IMG/VR virus record: IMGVR_UViG_3300027486_000276
Coordinates: 25,790 to 89,789 of that record
Strand: one strand, 5' to 3'
Length of the DNA stretch: 64,000 nt
Source of the DNA: a virus
Taxonomy: Duplodnaviria; Caudoviricetes
Both the position numbers and the translations under genes were made by a program. The notes under the pieces were generated by a model. The model was given only the letters and a program-made list of their open reading frames with translations, had not been told where the DNA came from and did no database searches. Position 1 is the first letter of the stretch. Each line of letters begins with the position of its first letter. This document shows positions 8,060 through 18,788 of the stretch, piece by piece.

Positions 8060-11000
8060 TTAGTAAGTTATTACTATTGATAGTTCTAATGCTTGGATAT
8101 GGAAATTATATAAAGGAAATCTATTACCCGATCTTGCAGATAAATGTGCAAAAGCTAAGTTCTTAGCACTCTTAAATTTCCAGAAAGTTGGATTAGTTAT
8201 TGATGTATTATTACCATAAGAAACAGTATTGGTATAATAATTTGCATAAGGAATATTCTTTAACGTAACCTTAATTACATTATCATCTCCCGGTATTATT
8301 TGTGTTTTATCTACTTCACTAGCAACGAAATCTTCTCCAATGAAGCAATATACTTTTATAGCCTTTGTCTTATTAACACTTCCAATTGTAAAGAAAACAG
8401 ATAAAGATTCGCTTTCTAATACTGGAATTCCAGCATAAAAAGTAGAATTTGGTATGCCCAAACCAAATGAAGCTGCTGTTTGTTGGTTTATAGTATAAAC
8501 AGTAAAATTGTTTGGTTCTGCATTTATAAGCATCTGAACATTTTTAGTATTAACTCCAAGTTCAGAAAAGTTATTTTCAGGAGTGACATTTATTGTATTA
8601 AAAGATGAATTGAGCAATCCATCATTTAATAGAGTATCAAAAACAGTTTTTGCACTTGCTTCTGTATTTGAATTTTGAGCGTTTATAGGAACTGCATAAA
8701 AATTTGTATAATCAGGAATTAGACTCTTTATGTTTCCAGTAAACGTGCTGTTGATTAATCTCGTTATAGAGATGTCGAAAAATTCTTCGCTTCCTTCGCC
8801 AAAAGAGCTATTTGTTATTTTGCGATTAGCCCTAAAGGCATTAGATGCTACTGATTCTGATTCTACTCCTCTTAATAATTGAGGGGTAAGACTTGTGTTA
8901 GCAGCTAAAGCTCTTGTGAAAATCTTATTACCGTTTAGAACATAAGCTCTCTTGCCAGTGGGTATTTTTGGTGATAATGATGCATTTGGTATATTATCTC
9001 TATTTTGTAAAGAGAGTTTATAATAAGCCATAGTACCATCTGGATCTGAAGATAATACTCTGTCGTCTTTAGCTCCTATTGCTAGGTTTGCATTTGTAGT
9101 AGGCTTATAAATTACACTCCTTCTAGAAATTGCATAAGCTGGTGCAGCAAGCGTATTTACGCTAGTGTCAAATATATTTTCAGTTAGTATAGTCTTATTA
9201 ATTGTAAAATGAAGATATCTAGTATCAGCATCTTTCAATACAGACTCTAGAGAGAAAGATAATGGAATAGGTGATTCTTGTTTTATAATAATTGGATCAC
9301 TAATTTGTGCATAAACTTTTCCTACATTATTATCTTTATCAATAAAGCTAGAATAATAATCTAAGATATTTCTTGCTGTTGCTGCATTTGAATTAAATTG
9401 CCAAGCAAACATGAATGAATCTACAGCTATCAAATAAGCATTATATTGAGTAGAATCAAATCCTTTACCATTATCATCACTTAAATCATTGAAATTAAAT
9501 ATAGATTGGTTATTTGGTACTGTTATAAAGTGAGAGTCAGTAATTTCTTTTCCGCTAGTGTCATTGACAGAGAATGGACTTCCATCAGAATTATGATTTA
9601 TTGAATTTGTTCCAAATGCAAATTTGTTTTCGCTAGGCATTAATAGCAAATAAAAATAATTAACAAAAGAGCTTGCTGTGTCTTGCTGAATAGTGAATTT
9701 TAATCTATTTGATCCTTGGGTTGTAACAATAGAGTAATCTGCTCTTGTGTCGTTTAAAATTGCATCTAAAAATCCTTTTAAATTAGTATCTTGATTGTCA
9801 TAAGTCACTAGCAAAAATCCATTTACATTCTTAAAATCATTAGAAGTAGATCTCATTCCAGCTTCCGTGAATGTTCTCTTGTCTATCGCTAAAGAGAAGT
9901 CTCTATATTTAGCAAAAACATTTGAAGTCTTATAGTTGTATGTATTATCGTTAGTGTTATCTTCATCAAATGTTAAATAATCTTGCCAGTTTGAAACATT
10001 AAGATACTTGCTATAACTAGTGATAAAAGCTTCTTTTGTATTTACTTTTTCGGGTATTATTACTATTGAATAAGGATAATCAAGATTATTGAATTTGTTT
10101 GGATTTTTTATGAACTGCAAAGGTAGGTTAAATGATAAAGATTCTGAAGGTTTAATGGATTGAACTTGAGAAGGTATGGCTGGTTGAAAGTATTGTCCCT
10201 TTGTTAAATCAATTGGAGAAGTAAAAGCGTAAACTTTATTGTTTAAAGTGATTGATGAATTTGTGTTTACATCATCATAAGTAATTGGAACAACTGGAGA
10301 TACGAATAACTCGCTTGAATTTTGAGAGTTTAAAGCTTCAACATAAGTTAATGGAGAGCTATTGTTAATATTTGCGCCGTAGATTCTTATAGATCCTTTT
10401 ATATTACTCTTGTCCACAACAGTACTTATATAAGATTCATAAATATCAATTGGAACAAATTTAAAATCACTAGAGCTATTTGGATTAAATTCTGATCCAT
10501 AAAAGGCTTTATTAAATATCTTGAAGCCTATTGTAGTGTCTTTTATAGAAGAGTCGTAAAAGATTTCAATCAATACCTTGCTTTGATCTACTACTCCATT
10601 AGCCTCTGCAACGCCAAGAGTAAATAATGCTCTTGAAGGGGCGGAAGCTTCTGGTGCTGGTGGTTTTGCTGGCGTGATATTTAATCCAGATTCTATTTGA
10701 GCATACTTTAAGTGATACATCTGCGAGCCAATTACTGTATAATTACTTCCTTCTGTAGACTCTTGTATTCTAAATACTCTATAGAAATCATAATCACTAT
10801 CCGTAGATCCATTAAGATTTCCAGAGTTTTCTAAAGCCCAAGTTATTGACTTTGGAGACATTCCTGATGCTCCTGTAAAGTAAGACAAACCAGTTACATT
10901 TAACGTAGAAGCTATTACTGGGGCTAGTCCAGTAATTCTAATTGAATCATAATATTGACCAGTAATTAAGTTGCCGCTTCCTACTATGAATGAATTAGTA

Positions 11001-14000
11001 AGAGGCTTTCTATAATCATTATAATCAAGGTTACTGGTAACGATACTGTTTCCTGCTGCGTCTTTAAAACTAGGATCTAGATTATACTTGGGAGAAAGTA
11101 TGGTTAGCTTATAATTTTGATTTCCAGAAAAGTTAAAATCAAGTTTTCTATCTAGAGTTAGTATTCCAGTAGTTACATTTGTGTCTCCAGAGATGTTAAT
11201 ATTATTTAATCTTCCGCCTACTGTTTTATATTTTCTATTATAATCGTAGACTTTAATTACATCTCCGGGTTTTAAGTATACGCATTCTGGGCCAGCTTCA
11301 AAAGAAACTGTTTCTGTTTCATTGTATTCTGAAGCTAATAACCATCTGCCAAGTCTTTGAGCTTGGCCTCTGCTTGTGCATCCAAAGGCAGTTAATTCGG
11401 TTTCTTTAAAACCAAATTTTCTAACAGCCTCGATATTTTCTACATATTCTACTGCTGGTTTATAAAAATTATTCTTATCAATATATCTAATATAGACCAC
11501 AGAATTTCTGTCTTTTAATGATGTAGATTCGTAAGTAAAATTACCATCAGATACATTTGAATTAGTGAAAGAATAAATAGGGGTATCTTCTGGCATATCA
11601 TTTATGGCGTAAATGAATCCATTTGAATAATAGAACATTCCTCTAAATACAGAAGCCATATCAGACAATACTTTAAGAGCATCATCTTGCGTTTGTAAAT
11701 AAACGTTACATGTAAATCTTGGTTCTACTCCTCCAAATCCATCTGAGACAAGTTCATCGCAATATTTAGCTATTTGATAAAGAGACCATTTGTCTACGTC
11801 ATTTTCTGTAACATAGTTACCTACTCCATATCTCTTATTTGTTAAAAGATCATAGAAACACCAAGCTGGATTATCTGTCCATTCTTTTTCAGTTTTAAAT
11901 TCTCCATCCCAATAATCATTTGATGTAGAATAAGGCAATACTCCTGCTACGTCATAAACAGTAGTTTTTCTAGAAAGACCTTCTGAGAAAAGATTTCTCG
12001 CAAATGATTTAGCCAAAGAAAGCCTGTCGAAATCAATTTGATTTACTCTAATAGAATCAGCATAACCTTGTATTTTGCCACCGAAGCCAGCGGGTGATGT
12101 AAAGATTTCTATTTGATTATTATTAGTTATAAAATAAGAAGGAATGAAAGGACCAGTTTTTGTATTTACTGCGTCGTAAATTTGTCCAGCAGCAAGAGGG
12201 ATAAGCACTTTAACTTCACTCTGAGAAGAACTTAAGCTTACTGAAGTAGAAGATCCATCGAATGTTTTATGATATTCTAGTTTGTTATAAGCATTTAAGG
12301 CTGCTTGAGTAAGTGAAGCTACTTGCGCTCTTTGATTTATTTCATTTTGCCAATTAGCGTCTGTAGTAGGTCTGTATAAAGCTCCAACACAAAGAGTTTG
12401 ATAAGCATCATAATTTGAAATATTTATATTACATTGAATTTGCTTTTCTAGGTTAACTAGAACATCTATCTCTGCATTTAATATGTCTGGGAAGTATTCT
12501 TTAGTAAGCCTTCTTTCAATAGCGGGGGCATAAATTGGAGTTTTTCCTGCGACACCTGTAGTAACCTGACCTTGATTAAAATTACAGTATATATATTTAT
12601 AACAAGTTTCTGGTAAGTTGTTAATATCACTACTATAAGAAGTATCTTCTTTAAAACTTACTGCTTTTACTAAATAAAAATCTTTTAGTTCTTGTGCTAA
12701 CGCTCTTTCGTTTCCATCTGTTGTCGTCCTTCTAACCGTTATATAGTCATTAGTCCAAGTTTTATCTGATATATTTATGTTAGTTACTCTACTTGCGTTT
12801 GTGGTGTACGATATACTTGGTTTTACTACTTTTGGAAGTATATAGAAACTAATTCTTGTAAAATTCGCTTTAAGTTTAGTCGTAGAATATTTCGTTGACT
12901 CTAAGGCTTTTGTAATGGTATAATTTTTGCTTTCATTTGGAGAAATAACTGTAAGTATCAAGCTTACGTTTTCTCCAGATATCGTCATGGAAAGATTAAA
13001 CTGATTGCTTCTATGGATTAGAGTATAGTTTCCGTTTCCAATACTGCTTCCTAATTTAATAAAGAAGTCGCAATAAAAACTACAAAATCCTTGGTCTTTT
13101 AAAGAAAAATTATTCGGGCCATTTCCTTTCCAATATCTTTGTGGTATTAAATCCCATTCATAATAGTTGTTTTGAGCTAAATTTCCTCCTGTATAATTAT
13201 AAGCCTTTGTTCTTTGACCATTAGCGCATAAAGTTTTTAATGGCATTTTTATATAAGTGTCTGACTGCACGTTGAGAACGTTTGTACTATAAGAGCCTAC
13301 AATAGAACTAACGGTTGTTACGTTATTTCTGGTTACGTTCCATTTATTGTTAAGCCAGTTTCTTATTTTAATACCATCTGATTTTGATAGAGCTTTATTA
13401 TATACTAGTATTTCAAATACAGTACATTTGCTTGAAGTTGGTGTAGAATAATTAATAGCTAAACCTTTTGGAGCATCTACTCTATAATATGGTCTTACAA
13501 AGTAATTAGTATTTTGCCAAAATATATTTACATCTTTTAGATTGTTTACGCTTGCTCCTACTATATATGTATTTGTATCGTTAGAAGTATTCCAATAATT
13601 AGAACGATTATATGGATAAAAATTAGGATTCATGACTCCATATATTTGCGCTCCTATTATAAAAGTACTATTAAATTTAGCGTCAAATCCTAAAACAAAA
13701 GAATCTGCTGAAGTAGAAGAAGAAAGTATTCTATTTCTTTCTGTGTTAGTTGCGGTATCGTCCCATTTACAGACAGCAAATACAGTATAATTATTACTAG
13801 CATCAGCTAATGGAGTTGCTTCAACTTGATAAACAAATTTTGCTTTTTGAGTAGTTGTAAATGAAACACCATAGCTTCCATTTGGACTTTGTTCTGAATA
13901 TGATGACCCATATGTTGGCCTCTCAGCACTTCCATTTGGAGATGCATAAGTTCCGTTTCCTAAAACGCATTTTATAGTTGATCCAGCTACAGTATTGGGC

Positions 14001-15445
14001 CAATTAGTCACTGCTCCTGCTGAAGTAGTAGTTAAAGAAGGGTTGCTTGCATCAAATTGAGCAATTAATCCATCTGTAATTGGAGGATTAACATTGTCTG
14101 AATTTGTATATACATTGTTTTCTCCAACAAAGAAATCTGTTGTGATTACTTTATCAGTTTTAGCGAATGAATTAGTAGCTGTAATTGAAAGTGGAGTTGT
14201 ATTTCCATAGGTTTTTGTTATTGGATCATAATTAGCAGGAACCTTAACCTTTAATAATTTGACATCATAAGATCTTTCTGGAATCTTTGAGAAATACGCA
14301 GCGTTAAACTTAGAAGTTACAATAGCGGAATTTGTATATCTAAACGAAGAAGAATATATTTCAGTAATACTTTCTAAACTTATGAAAGAAGCTCTTGAAG
14401 AATAAGTGTCTTCTGGGGTGATCTTTAATACTGAAATATCCCAACCTAACCAATTTTCATTTTCATTCAATGAGAGAAAGTTGGAAGAGGTATCAAAAAT
14501 AATTTGTTTAGAATATCCTTGAGTAATTTTTCCTTTTGATTCTAGTTCAAATATTTGAGGGAAAGTGTCCACTGTGACAGCTAAGTCTTTAGAATCATCA
14601 ATTACTTTGGCTTTATCTGAAATTAGATCAAGTACTGCGGAGTTGCCATTGTAGCCTTCTTTGTAAATTGGCGAAATTCTTATTCTTATTTTAAAGTTGT
14701 GACGAATTACAGAACCCACACCAGCATCTAATGTTTGTCCATTCGTTAATTCAGTATCTCTACTTGTTGGATCTAATGTGAATGTAGCACTGCTTACGTT
14801 TGCGCTTGTTACTCCTTCTATTTTTAAACCTCTTTCTGATATTGCTTTTAAATCTTGATATTTTAAGCTGATATAAAGAGAAGAAACTCTAAAATTAAGA
14901 GAAATCTTTTTGCATTCTCTGTTTAAAATGCGATAAGTCCTCTGATAATCTAACACTTCGTCTTCGGTTGCGGCTAGTAGATTTGGTCCTCTGAGCCTCT
15001 CTCCTATTGAACGGATGTAAGAAACATTGTCGAACTCTCCTCCTGACGAACTTCCTTCTGGAGTTCCATTAGTTGTTTGGATGTTTATTTGTTGGAAATT
15101 ATATTTATCTTGGCTATCTAAAAGAGGGGTTTGATTCCATTGAACTGATCTTAAATATTTTGATTCTCCATCGCTGCCCACAACTGATGGGTATTCATTA
15201 TAAGTGACTTTTTTAAATCCTAGGTCTCCAACTTGCCCTGAAAAACTATATTGCCCCTCAAGAAGACCTCCAATTGGTCCTTCTGACAAAAGATCTTTTA
15301 CTTTGGCAAATTGATATACGTTATAAGTAAGTCCATCATATACAAATCCCTCGACATCTTCATATGCAGCAGTTGGCGTTGGAGCTACGCTTGCTCCACC
15401 TCCACCAAAACCTTTTATGTATTTAAAATCTTCAAGATTGTTCAT
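8060..15445 (-). CDS. Central tail fibre / host-specificity protein (lambda gpJ-like), 2461 aa
   Basis: DLLSEGPIGGL, KVKVPANYDP, WDGEFK..WTDNPAWCFYDLLTNKRYGVG, DKWSLYQIAKYCDELVSDGFGGVEPRFTCNVY, GCTSRGQAQRLGRWLL, LKPGDVIKVYD are canonical gpJ motifs. Confidence 0.93.
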   Translation of the reverse strand: MNNLEDFKYIKGFGGGGASVAPTPTAAYEDVEGFVYDGLTYNVYQFAKVKDLLSEGPIGGLLEGQYSFSGQVGDLGFKKVTYNEYPSVVGSDGESKYLRSVQWNQTPLLDSQDKYNFQQINIQTTNGTPEGSSSGGEFDNVSYIRSIGERLRGPNLLAATEDEVLDYQRTYRILNRECKKISLNFRVSSLYISLKYQDLKAISERGLKIEGVTSANVSSATFTLDPTSRDTELTNGQTLDAGVGSVIRHNFKIRIRISPIYKEGYNGNSAVLDLISDKAKVIDDSKDLAVTVDTFPQIFELESKGKITQGYSKQIIFDTSSNFLSLNENENWLGWDISVLKITPEDTYSSRASFISLESITEIYSSSFRYTNSAIVTSKFNAAYFSKIPERSYDVKLLKVKVPANYDPITKTYGNTTPLSITATNSFAKTDKVITTDFFVGENNVYTNSDNVNPPITDGLIAQFDASNPSLTTTSAGAVTNWPNTVAGSTIKCVLGNGTYASPNGSAERPTYGSSYSEQSPNGSYGVSFTTTQKAKFVYQVEATPLADASNNYTVFAVCKWDDTATNTERNRILSSSTSADSFVLGFDAKFNSTFIIGAQIYGVMNPNFYPYNRSNYWNTSNDTNTYIVGASVNNLKDVNIFWQNTNYFVRPYYRVDAPKGLAINYSTPTSSKCTVFEILVYNKALSKSDGIKIRNWLNNKWNVTRNNVTTVSSIVGSYSTNVLNVQSDTYIKMPLKTLCANGQRTKAYNYTGGNLAQNNYYEWDLIPQRYWKGNGPNNFSLKDQGFCSFYCDFFIKLGSSIGNGNYTLIHRSNQFNLSMTISGENVSLILTVISPNESKNYTITKALESTKYSTTKLKANFTRISFYILPKVVKPSISYTTNASRVTNINISDKTWTNDYITVRRTTTDGNERALAQELKDFYLVKAVSFKEDTSYSSDINNLPETCYKYIYCNFNQGQVTTGVAGKTPIYAPAIERRLTKEYFPDILNAEIDVLVNLEKQIQCNINISNYDAYQTLCVGALYRPTTDANWQNEINQRAQVASLTQAALNAYNKLEYHKTFDGSSTSVSLSSSQSEVKVLIPLAAGQIYDAVNTKTGPFIPSYFITNNNQIEIFTSPAGFGGKIQGYADSIRVNQIDFDRLSLAKSFARNLFSEGLSRKTTVYDVAGVLPYSTSNDYWDGEFKTEKEWTDNPAWCFYDLLTNKRYGVGNYVTENDVDKWSLYQIAKYCDELVSDGFGGVEPRFTCNVYLQTQDDALKVLSDMASVFRGMFYYSNGFIYAINDMPEDTPIYSFTNSNVSDGNFTYESTSLKDRNSVVYIRYIDKNNFYKPAVEYVENIEAVRKFGFKETELTAFGCTSRGQAQRLGRWLLASEYNETETVSFEAGPECVYLKPGDVIKVYDYNRKYKTVGGRLNNINISGDTNVTTGILTLDRKLDFNFSGNQNYKLTILSPKYNLDPSFKDAAGNSIVTSNLDYNDYRKPLTNSFIVGSGNLITGQYYDSIRITGLAPVIASTLNVTGLSYFTGASGMSPKSITWALENSGNLNGSTDSDYDFYRVFRIQESTEGSNYTVIGSQMYHLKYAQIESGLNITPAKPPAPEASAPSRALFTLGVAEANGVVDQSKVLIEIFYDSSIKDTTIGFKIFNKAFYGSEFNPNSSSDFKFVPIDIYESYISTVVDKSNIKGSIRIYGANINNSSPLTYVEALNSQNSSELFVSPVVPITYDDVNTNSSITLNNKVYAFTSPIDLTKGQYFQPAIPSQVQSIKPSESLSFNLPLQFIKNPNKFNNLDYPYSIVIIPEKVNTKEAFITSYSKYLNVSNWQDYLTFDEDNTNDNTYNYKTSNVFAKYRDFSLAIDKRTFTEAGMRSTSNDFKNVNGFLLVTYDNQDTNLKGFLDAILNDTRADYSIVTTQGSNRLKFTIQQDTASSFVNYFYLLLMPSENKFAFGTNSINHNSDGSPFSVNDTSGKEITDSHFITVPNNQSIFNFNDLSDDNGKGFDSTQYNAYLIAVDSFMFAWQFNSNAATARNILDYYSSFIDKDNNVGKVYAQISDPIIIKQESPIPLSFSLESVLKDADTRYLHFTINKTILTENIFDTSVNTLAAPAYAISRRSVIYKPTTNANLAIGAKDDRVLSSDPDGTMAYYKLSLQNRDNIPNASLSPKIPTGKRAYVLNGNKIFTRALAANTSLTPQLLRGVESESVASNAFRANRKITNSSFGEGSEEFFDISITRLINSTFTGNIKSLIPDYTNFYAVPINAQNSNTEASAKTVFDTLLNDGLLNSSFNTINVTPENNFSELGVNTKNVQMLINAEPNNFTVYTINQQTAASFGLGIPNSTFYAGIPVLESESLSVFFTIGSVNKTKAIKVYCFIGEDFVASEVDKTQIIPGDDNVIKVTLKNIPYANYYTNTVSYGNNTSITNPTFWKFKSAKNLAFAHLSARSGNRFPLYNFHIQALELSIVITY

Positions 15446-15446
15446 T

Positions 15447-16172
15447 TTATATATTATTTATTTGGTCTTTTACGTCTGCTGCTGTTGATTTATTATCTAG
15501 CTCAATATTATTGACAGATACCTCAACTGTCTGAGATCCTATTTTCATTCTACCATAACCAATTGGAACAGGACCACCTTCTCCAAGAATGTTAGAAGGT
15601 CCGTCAAATAAGTAGTTTGGCTTGCTGCCATCTTCTTGGATTTTTCTAAAATCATCAAATTTTGGAGGCGACATCATTAACAATGTAATACCTGTTACAG
15701 CTAATCCTATACCTGCTCCAATTAATGCTCCTGATAAAGTCGCACTTGCTGTAGCAGATAGCCCAAGCCCAAACCCAACTGGCGCAAAAACGCCTGTGGC
15801 TATTAGCAAAACGCCAAGAACTAAAGCTAAGACTCCTTTGGTCGTATTGTTTCCGCCTCCTCCACCAGCACCCCTAATAATTGGAACGATATCTAAGGTT
15901 TCTAGCTTTTCGTTAATCATTACTAATTCAGAATTGAGAATAGAATCTGGTTTTTCTAGAGAAATGCTTTCTGGATTCATTATTTCTCTCTTATTAACAA
16001 GCACTTTATACTCTACGCTTTTTTCTGCTGCTCCTATTAGATATTTTAGGAGTTTGCCTTTAGATAAGACTTGAATAGCTCGCAATGCTTCCTTTATGGA
16101 ATTTACTTTTAAATTCCAATTTTCTCTTCCCACTTGCTCTGCTATTTCTCCGTGTAAGGTAATGCTAGTCAT
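15447..16172 (-). CDS. Tail assembly protein (lambda gpI-like)
   Basis: ITLHGEIA...SIKEALRAI ubiquitin-like N-terminus, IVPIIRGAGGGG, hydrophobic Gly/Ala stretch, YLFDGPSNILGEGGPVPIGYGRMKIGSQ. Confidence 0.9.
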   Translation of the reverse strand: MTSITLHGEIAEQVGRENWNLKVNSIKEALRAIQVLSKGKLLKYLIGAAEKSVEYKVLVNKREIMNPESISLEKPDSILNSELVMINEKLETLDIVPIIRGAGGGGGNNTTKGVLALVLGVLLIATGVFAPVGFGLGLSATASATLSGALIGAGIGLAVTGITLLMMSPPKFDDFRKIQEDGSKPNYLFDGPSNILGEGGPVPIGYGRMKIGSQTVEVSVNNIELDNKSTAADVKDQINNI

Positions 16173-16911
16173 AAAGGTGATGTCTCATTATATAAATTAC
16201 CCATTTTTTGTATTGGTTAGAAAGCTTTTCGGTAAGAGAACGCTTATTTCCGGGGTGATGTAAAATAGTATCTTCTCCAAGATAAACAGCGCAATGGATA
16301 GGAAAATTATAACCTCTTGTTCTCATTATTAGAACATCGTTCTTTTTAAAATTAGAAACTTCTCTAAAACCGTTGTACTCAAAATATCTCTTTAAATAAT
16401 TATCTTTTTCCTTTAATGCGGCTTCTTCGTCTGTGAATCTTTTAGTTACTATATCATTATACTCTTGCTCAGATACAGATTCTTTTAGAACCTCTAACTC
16501 TGGGCATAAATGAATATTTAAATCATGACAGAAATAATCTTTTACTAACCAAAGGCAATCAGCAAAACCTAAAAGAAAAGGTCTGTCTGTATATTGAATT
16601 TTATATCCATTTGGATAATAGATGTGAAAAACTCCACTCTGTTTATTATAAACTATACATGGTAAGCCTAGCCTTTCAGAAACAATTTCGTCTGCATTTG
16701 AAATAGCATCAAAATCTATATGAGAATGATAATAAGCCGCAAAATTAGATTGGCTATAAATATCCATCGCAAATTCAGTAGCTGAATTAATGAGGTTATC
16801 TTTCTTTTGTACCTCTAGTCCATTATCTGTATGTACTAAAACGCCGCATACTTCATTATTAGAAGTATTAGCGTGTTCTATGATTTTATTTTTAAGCTCT
16901 TCTGTTAACAT
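16165..16911 (-). CDS. Tail assembly protein K-like (JAB/MPN + NlpC/P60), paralogue 2
   Basis: EVCGVL...YHSH...SNAD JAB motif; FLLGFADCLWLVKDY...HCAVYLGEDTILHH NlpC/P60 Cys-His. Confidence 0.88.
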   Translation of the reverse strand: MLTEELKNKIIEHANTSNNEVCGVLVHTDNGLEVQKKDNLINSATEFAMDIYSQSNFAAYYHSHIDFDAISNADEIVSERLGLPCIVYNKQSGVFHIYYPNGYKIQYTDRPFLLGFADCLWLVKDYFCHDLNIHLCPELEVLKESVSEQEYNDIVTKRFTDEEAALKEKDNYLKRYFEYNGFREVSNFKKNDVLIMRTRGYNFPIHCAVYLGEDTILHHPGNKRSLTEKLSNQYKKWVIYIMRHHLYD

Positions 16912-17663
16912 AATTGTTTACTCCTTGCAAAACAATAGATCCTTCTCTTCTCTGCGTCTGTTAGTTTTTCTATTATTGACTTTTTATTTCTTGGTTGGTG
17001 CAAAATATAACCTTGTTCAAGGTAAATGCCAAAATGAGAAGGATAGTTATCTAAATACTTGAACACAATAATATCATGTTTTTTAGCGTTTTCTATACCT
17101 TCTATTTTGATAAAGTTTTCTTTTTCAAAGAATTTGTCAAAGTTCTCTGAATCACAAAACTCTGTTAGTTTATTTTTAACAAAATCTGCGTAGTTTTTAT
17201 CCCAATCTACCCCTCTTTCGTAATGGAAAATCTTAATGCCAAATTCTTCATTATAATAATTCTCTACTATTGATAAACAGTCAGATTGATTAATAACAAA
17301 GTTTTTGTTTATGTATTTATTATAGTAATTTTCAGGAGAATACTCTTCAAAAGAATCTCTTTTTAGTATATAAACGATATTCTTTAGTTTTAAATTAGAA
17401 CTAATTTGCTTGTCTAGTTCAGAAAAAGAATTGTCTTGAATACAGTGAGAATGATAAATGCCAGCCACTTTGCCATTCATTGAGGCTTTGAGGTAGTCCA
17501 TTTGGCATACAACGAATTCATTTTCTTTATCTTGAGCAGCATTCCTGCATGGAAATGCTTCTAGGATATTTTTTCTATTTAGAACTAAAAGACCGCAGCA
17601 TTCTTCAGGATTTTCCTTTAGCGCGTGTTCTTTTATTTTTGCTTTTATTTCATCCGAAACCAT
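16905..17663 (-). CDS. Tail assembly protein K-like (JAB/MPN + NlpC/P60), paralogue 1
   Basis: PEECCGLL...YHSHCIQDNSFSELD (HxH-x7-SxxD); DCLSIVENYY...HFGIYLEQGYILHQP. Confidence 0.88.
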   Translation of the reverse strand: MVSDEIKAKIKEHALKENPEECCGLLVLNRKNILEAFPCRNAAQDKENEFVVCQMDYLKASMNGKVAGIYHSHCIQDNSFSELDKQISSNLKLKNIVYILKRDSFEEYSPENYYNKYINKNFVINQSDCLSIVENYYNEEFGIKIFHYERGVDWDKNYADFVKNKLTEFCDSENFDKFFEKENFIKIEGIENAKKHDIIVFKYLDNYPSHFGIYLEQGYILHQPRNKKSIIEKLTDAEKRRIYCFARSKQLC

Positions 17664-18784
17664 TACAATGCTCCTCTATTGTAATTAGATACTCCGTAGA
17701 ATCCACCAAAAGGTAAAGCGTTTTCTCCAAATCTTATTTTACAACCTTTTATACTCTTAGAGCATTGGTCAGCTATCCAATATTCTCCATTTGGAGGAGG
17801 GATATTCATGGGAACGTTTGTCTTGGCAACGAAATAGAAATTAATGTTTTTCTTATTAATAACTACTACATCGCCTTTGTTATAAGTTGTTGAGAGTTTC
17901 CAAGATTCTATTTTATTAGTTCCTACTGTTGTGCCAGAAAAGATTGGCATCTTTGAGATTATTTGATCATCTTCAGTGGCGCAAACAGGAGCTTTTTCTC
18001 CAGTAGAATCACTTTTATTTGGTATTGGGGTTATAGTGCCATGAGTATCTTCAGTTAGTTTTTCTTTATATTCATAGAGACAACCTTCTCCTCTATATTG
18101 CCAAGGACAAATATAACTTAATACTCTTCGTTTAGGGAGTTTAGCTCTGTCTAGATCTATAGCACTTGATAGTTCAAATTGAATACTATTTTTGTTTTCA
18201 GAAGATTTTCTGTCAAAATAATAAATATCTCTAGGAAACTCGCAATTAGGATCAGGGTCAAATCCTTCTGGTATTATAAGTTTATCTGGCGATAGAGGAG
18301 AGGTTCCATCATTTTGATAGAAATTTGATCTGTCAAGGAATTTAGCAAATGTTCTAATTCTGGTAAACTTAGCCCCAATTAAATCTCCGAAGTTAACAGT
18401 TCCTCTAAAGAGGCTAAACACATCAAGCATATCATCAGAAAAGCTAATCTGAATTTTAGGTTTAGGAAATACGCCTCTTGAAGCTATTTCAAAACCTTCT
18501 GTGGAAAGCGGAGCAGGTAGATACGCATTACCTTTCCAATAAATAATATTCCTTCCAAGTTTTAAATTGTTGTGGAGGCGAATTACCCTATAATTAAAAA
18601 CACCAGTTTCTGCTCCCGGCAATGATATTTGAAAATTCTTAATGTTAACTACGAACTGAGAAGAAGTATCAAATCCAATTTCAGTTAAGTCTACTTCAAA
18701 TAAAGAAATTATCGAAGAAGGCTCAAGAGAAAAGAACTCTCTATTTACTTTTAAAGATGAATCTTTATCTTGTTGAGTAGCCAT
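17663..18784 (-). CDS. Minor tail protein L-like (Fe-S)
   Basis: SLEPSSIISLFEVDL, TRIRTFAKFLD..NF, FELSSAIDL, CPWQYRGEGC and DQCSKSIKGCKIRFG..LPFGGF four-Cys gpL signature. Confidence 0.92.
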   Translation of the reverse strand: MATQQDKDSSLKVNREFFSLEPSSIISLFEVDLTEIGFDTSSQFVVNIKNFQISLPGAETGVFNYRVIRLHNNLKLGRNIIYWKGNAYLPAPLSTEGFEIASRGVFPKPKIQISFSDDMLDVFSLFRGTVNFGDLIGAKFTRIRTFAKFLDRSNFYQNDGTSPLSPDKLIIPEGFDPDPNCEFPRDIYYFDRKSSENKNSIQFELSSAIDLDRAKLPKRRVLSYICPWQYRGEGCLYEYKEKLTEDTHGTITPIPNKSDSTGEKAPVCATEDDQIISKMPIFSGTTVGTNKIESWKLSTTYNKGDVVVINKKNINFYFVAKTNVPMNIPPPNGEYWIADQCSKSIKGCKIRFGENALPFGGFYGVSNYNRGAL

Positions 18785-18788
18785 AATA

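Noticed and set aside
15622-16074. 150-aa + strand ORF with Pro/Ala runs
   Set aside because: Reverse complement of the Gly-rich gpI segment.
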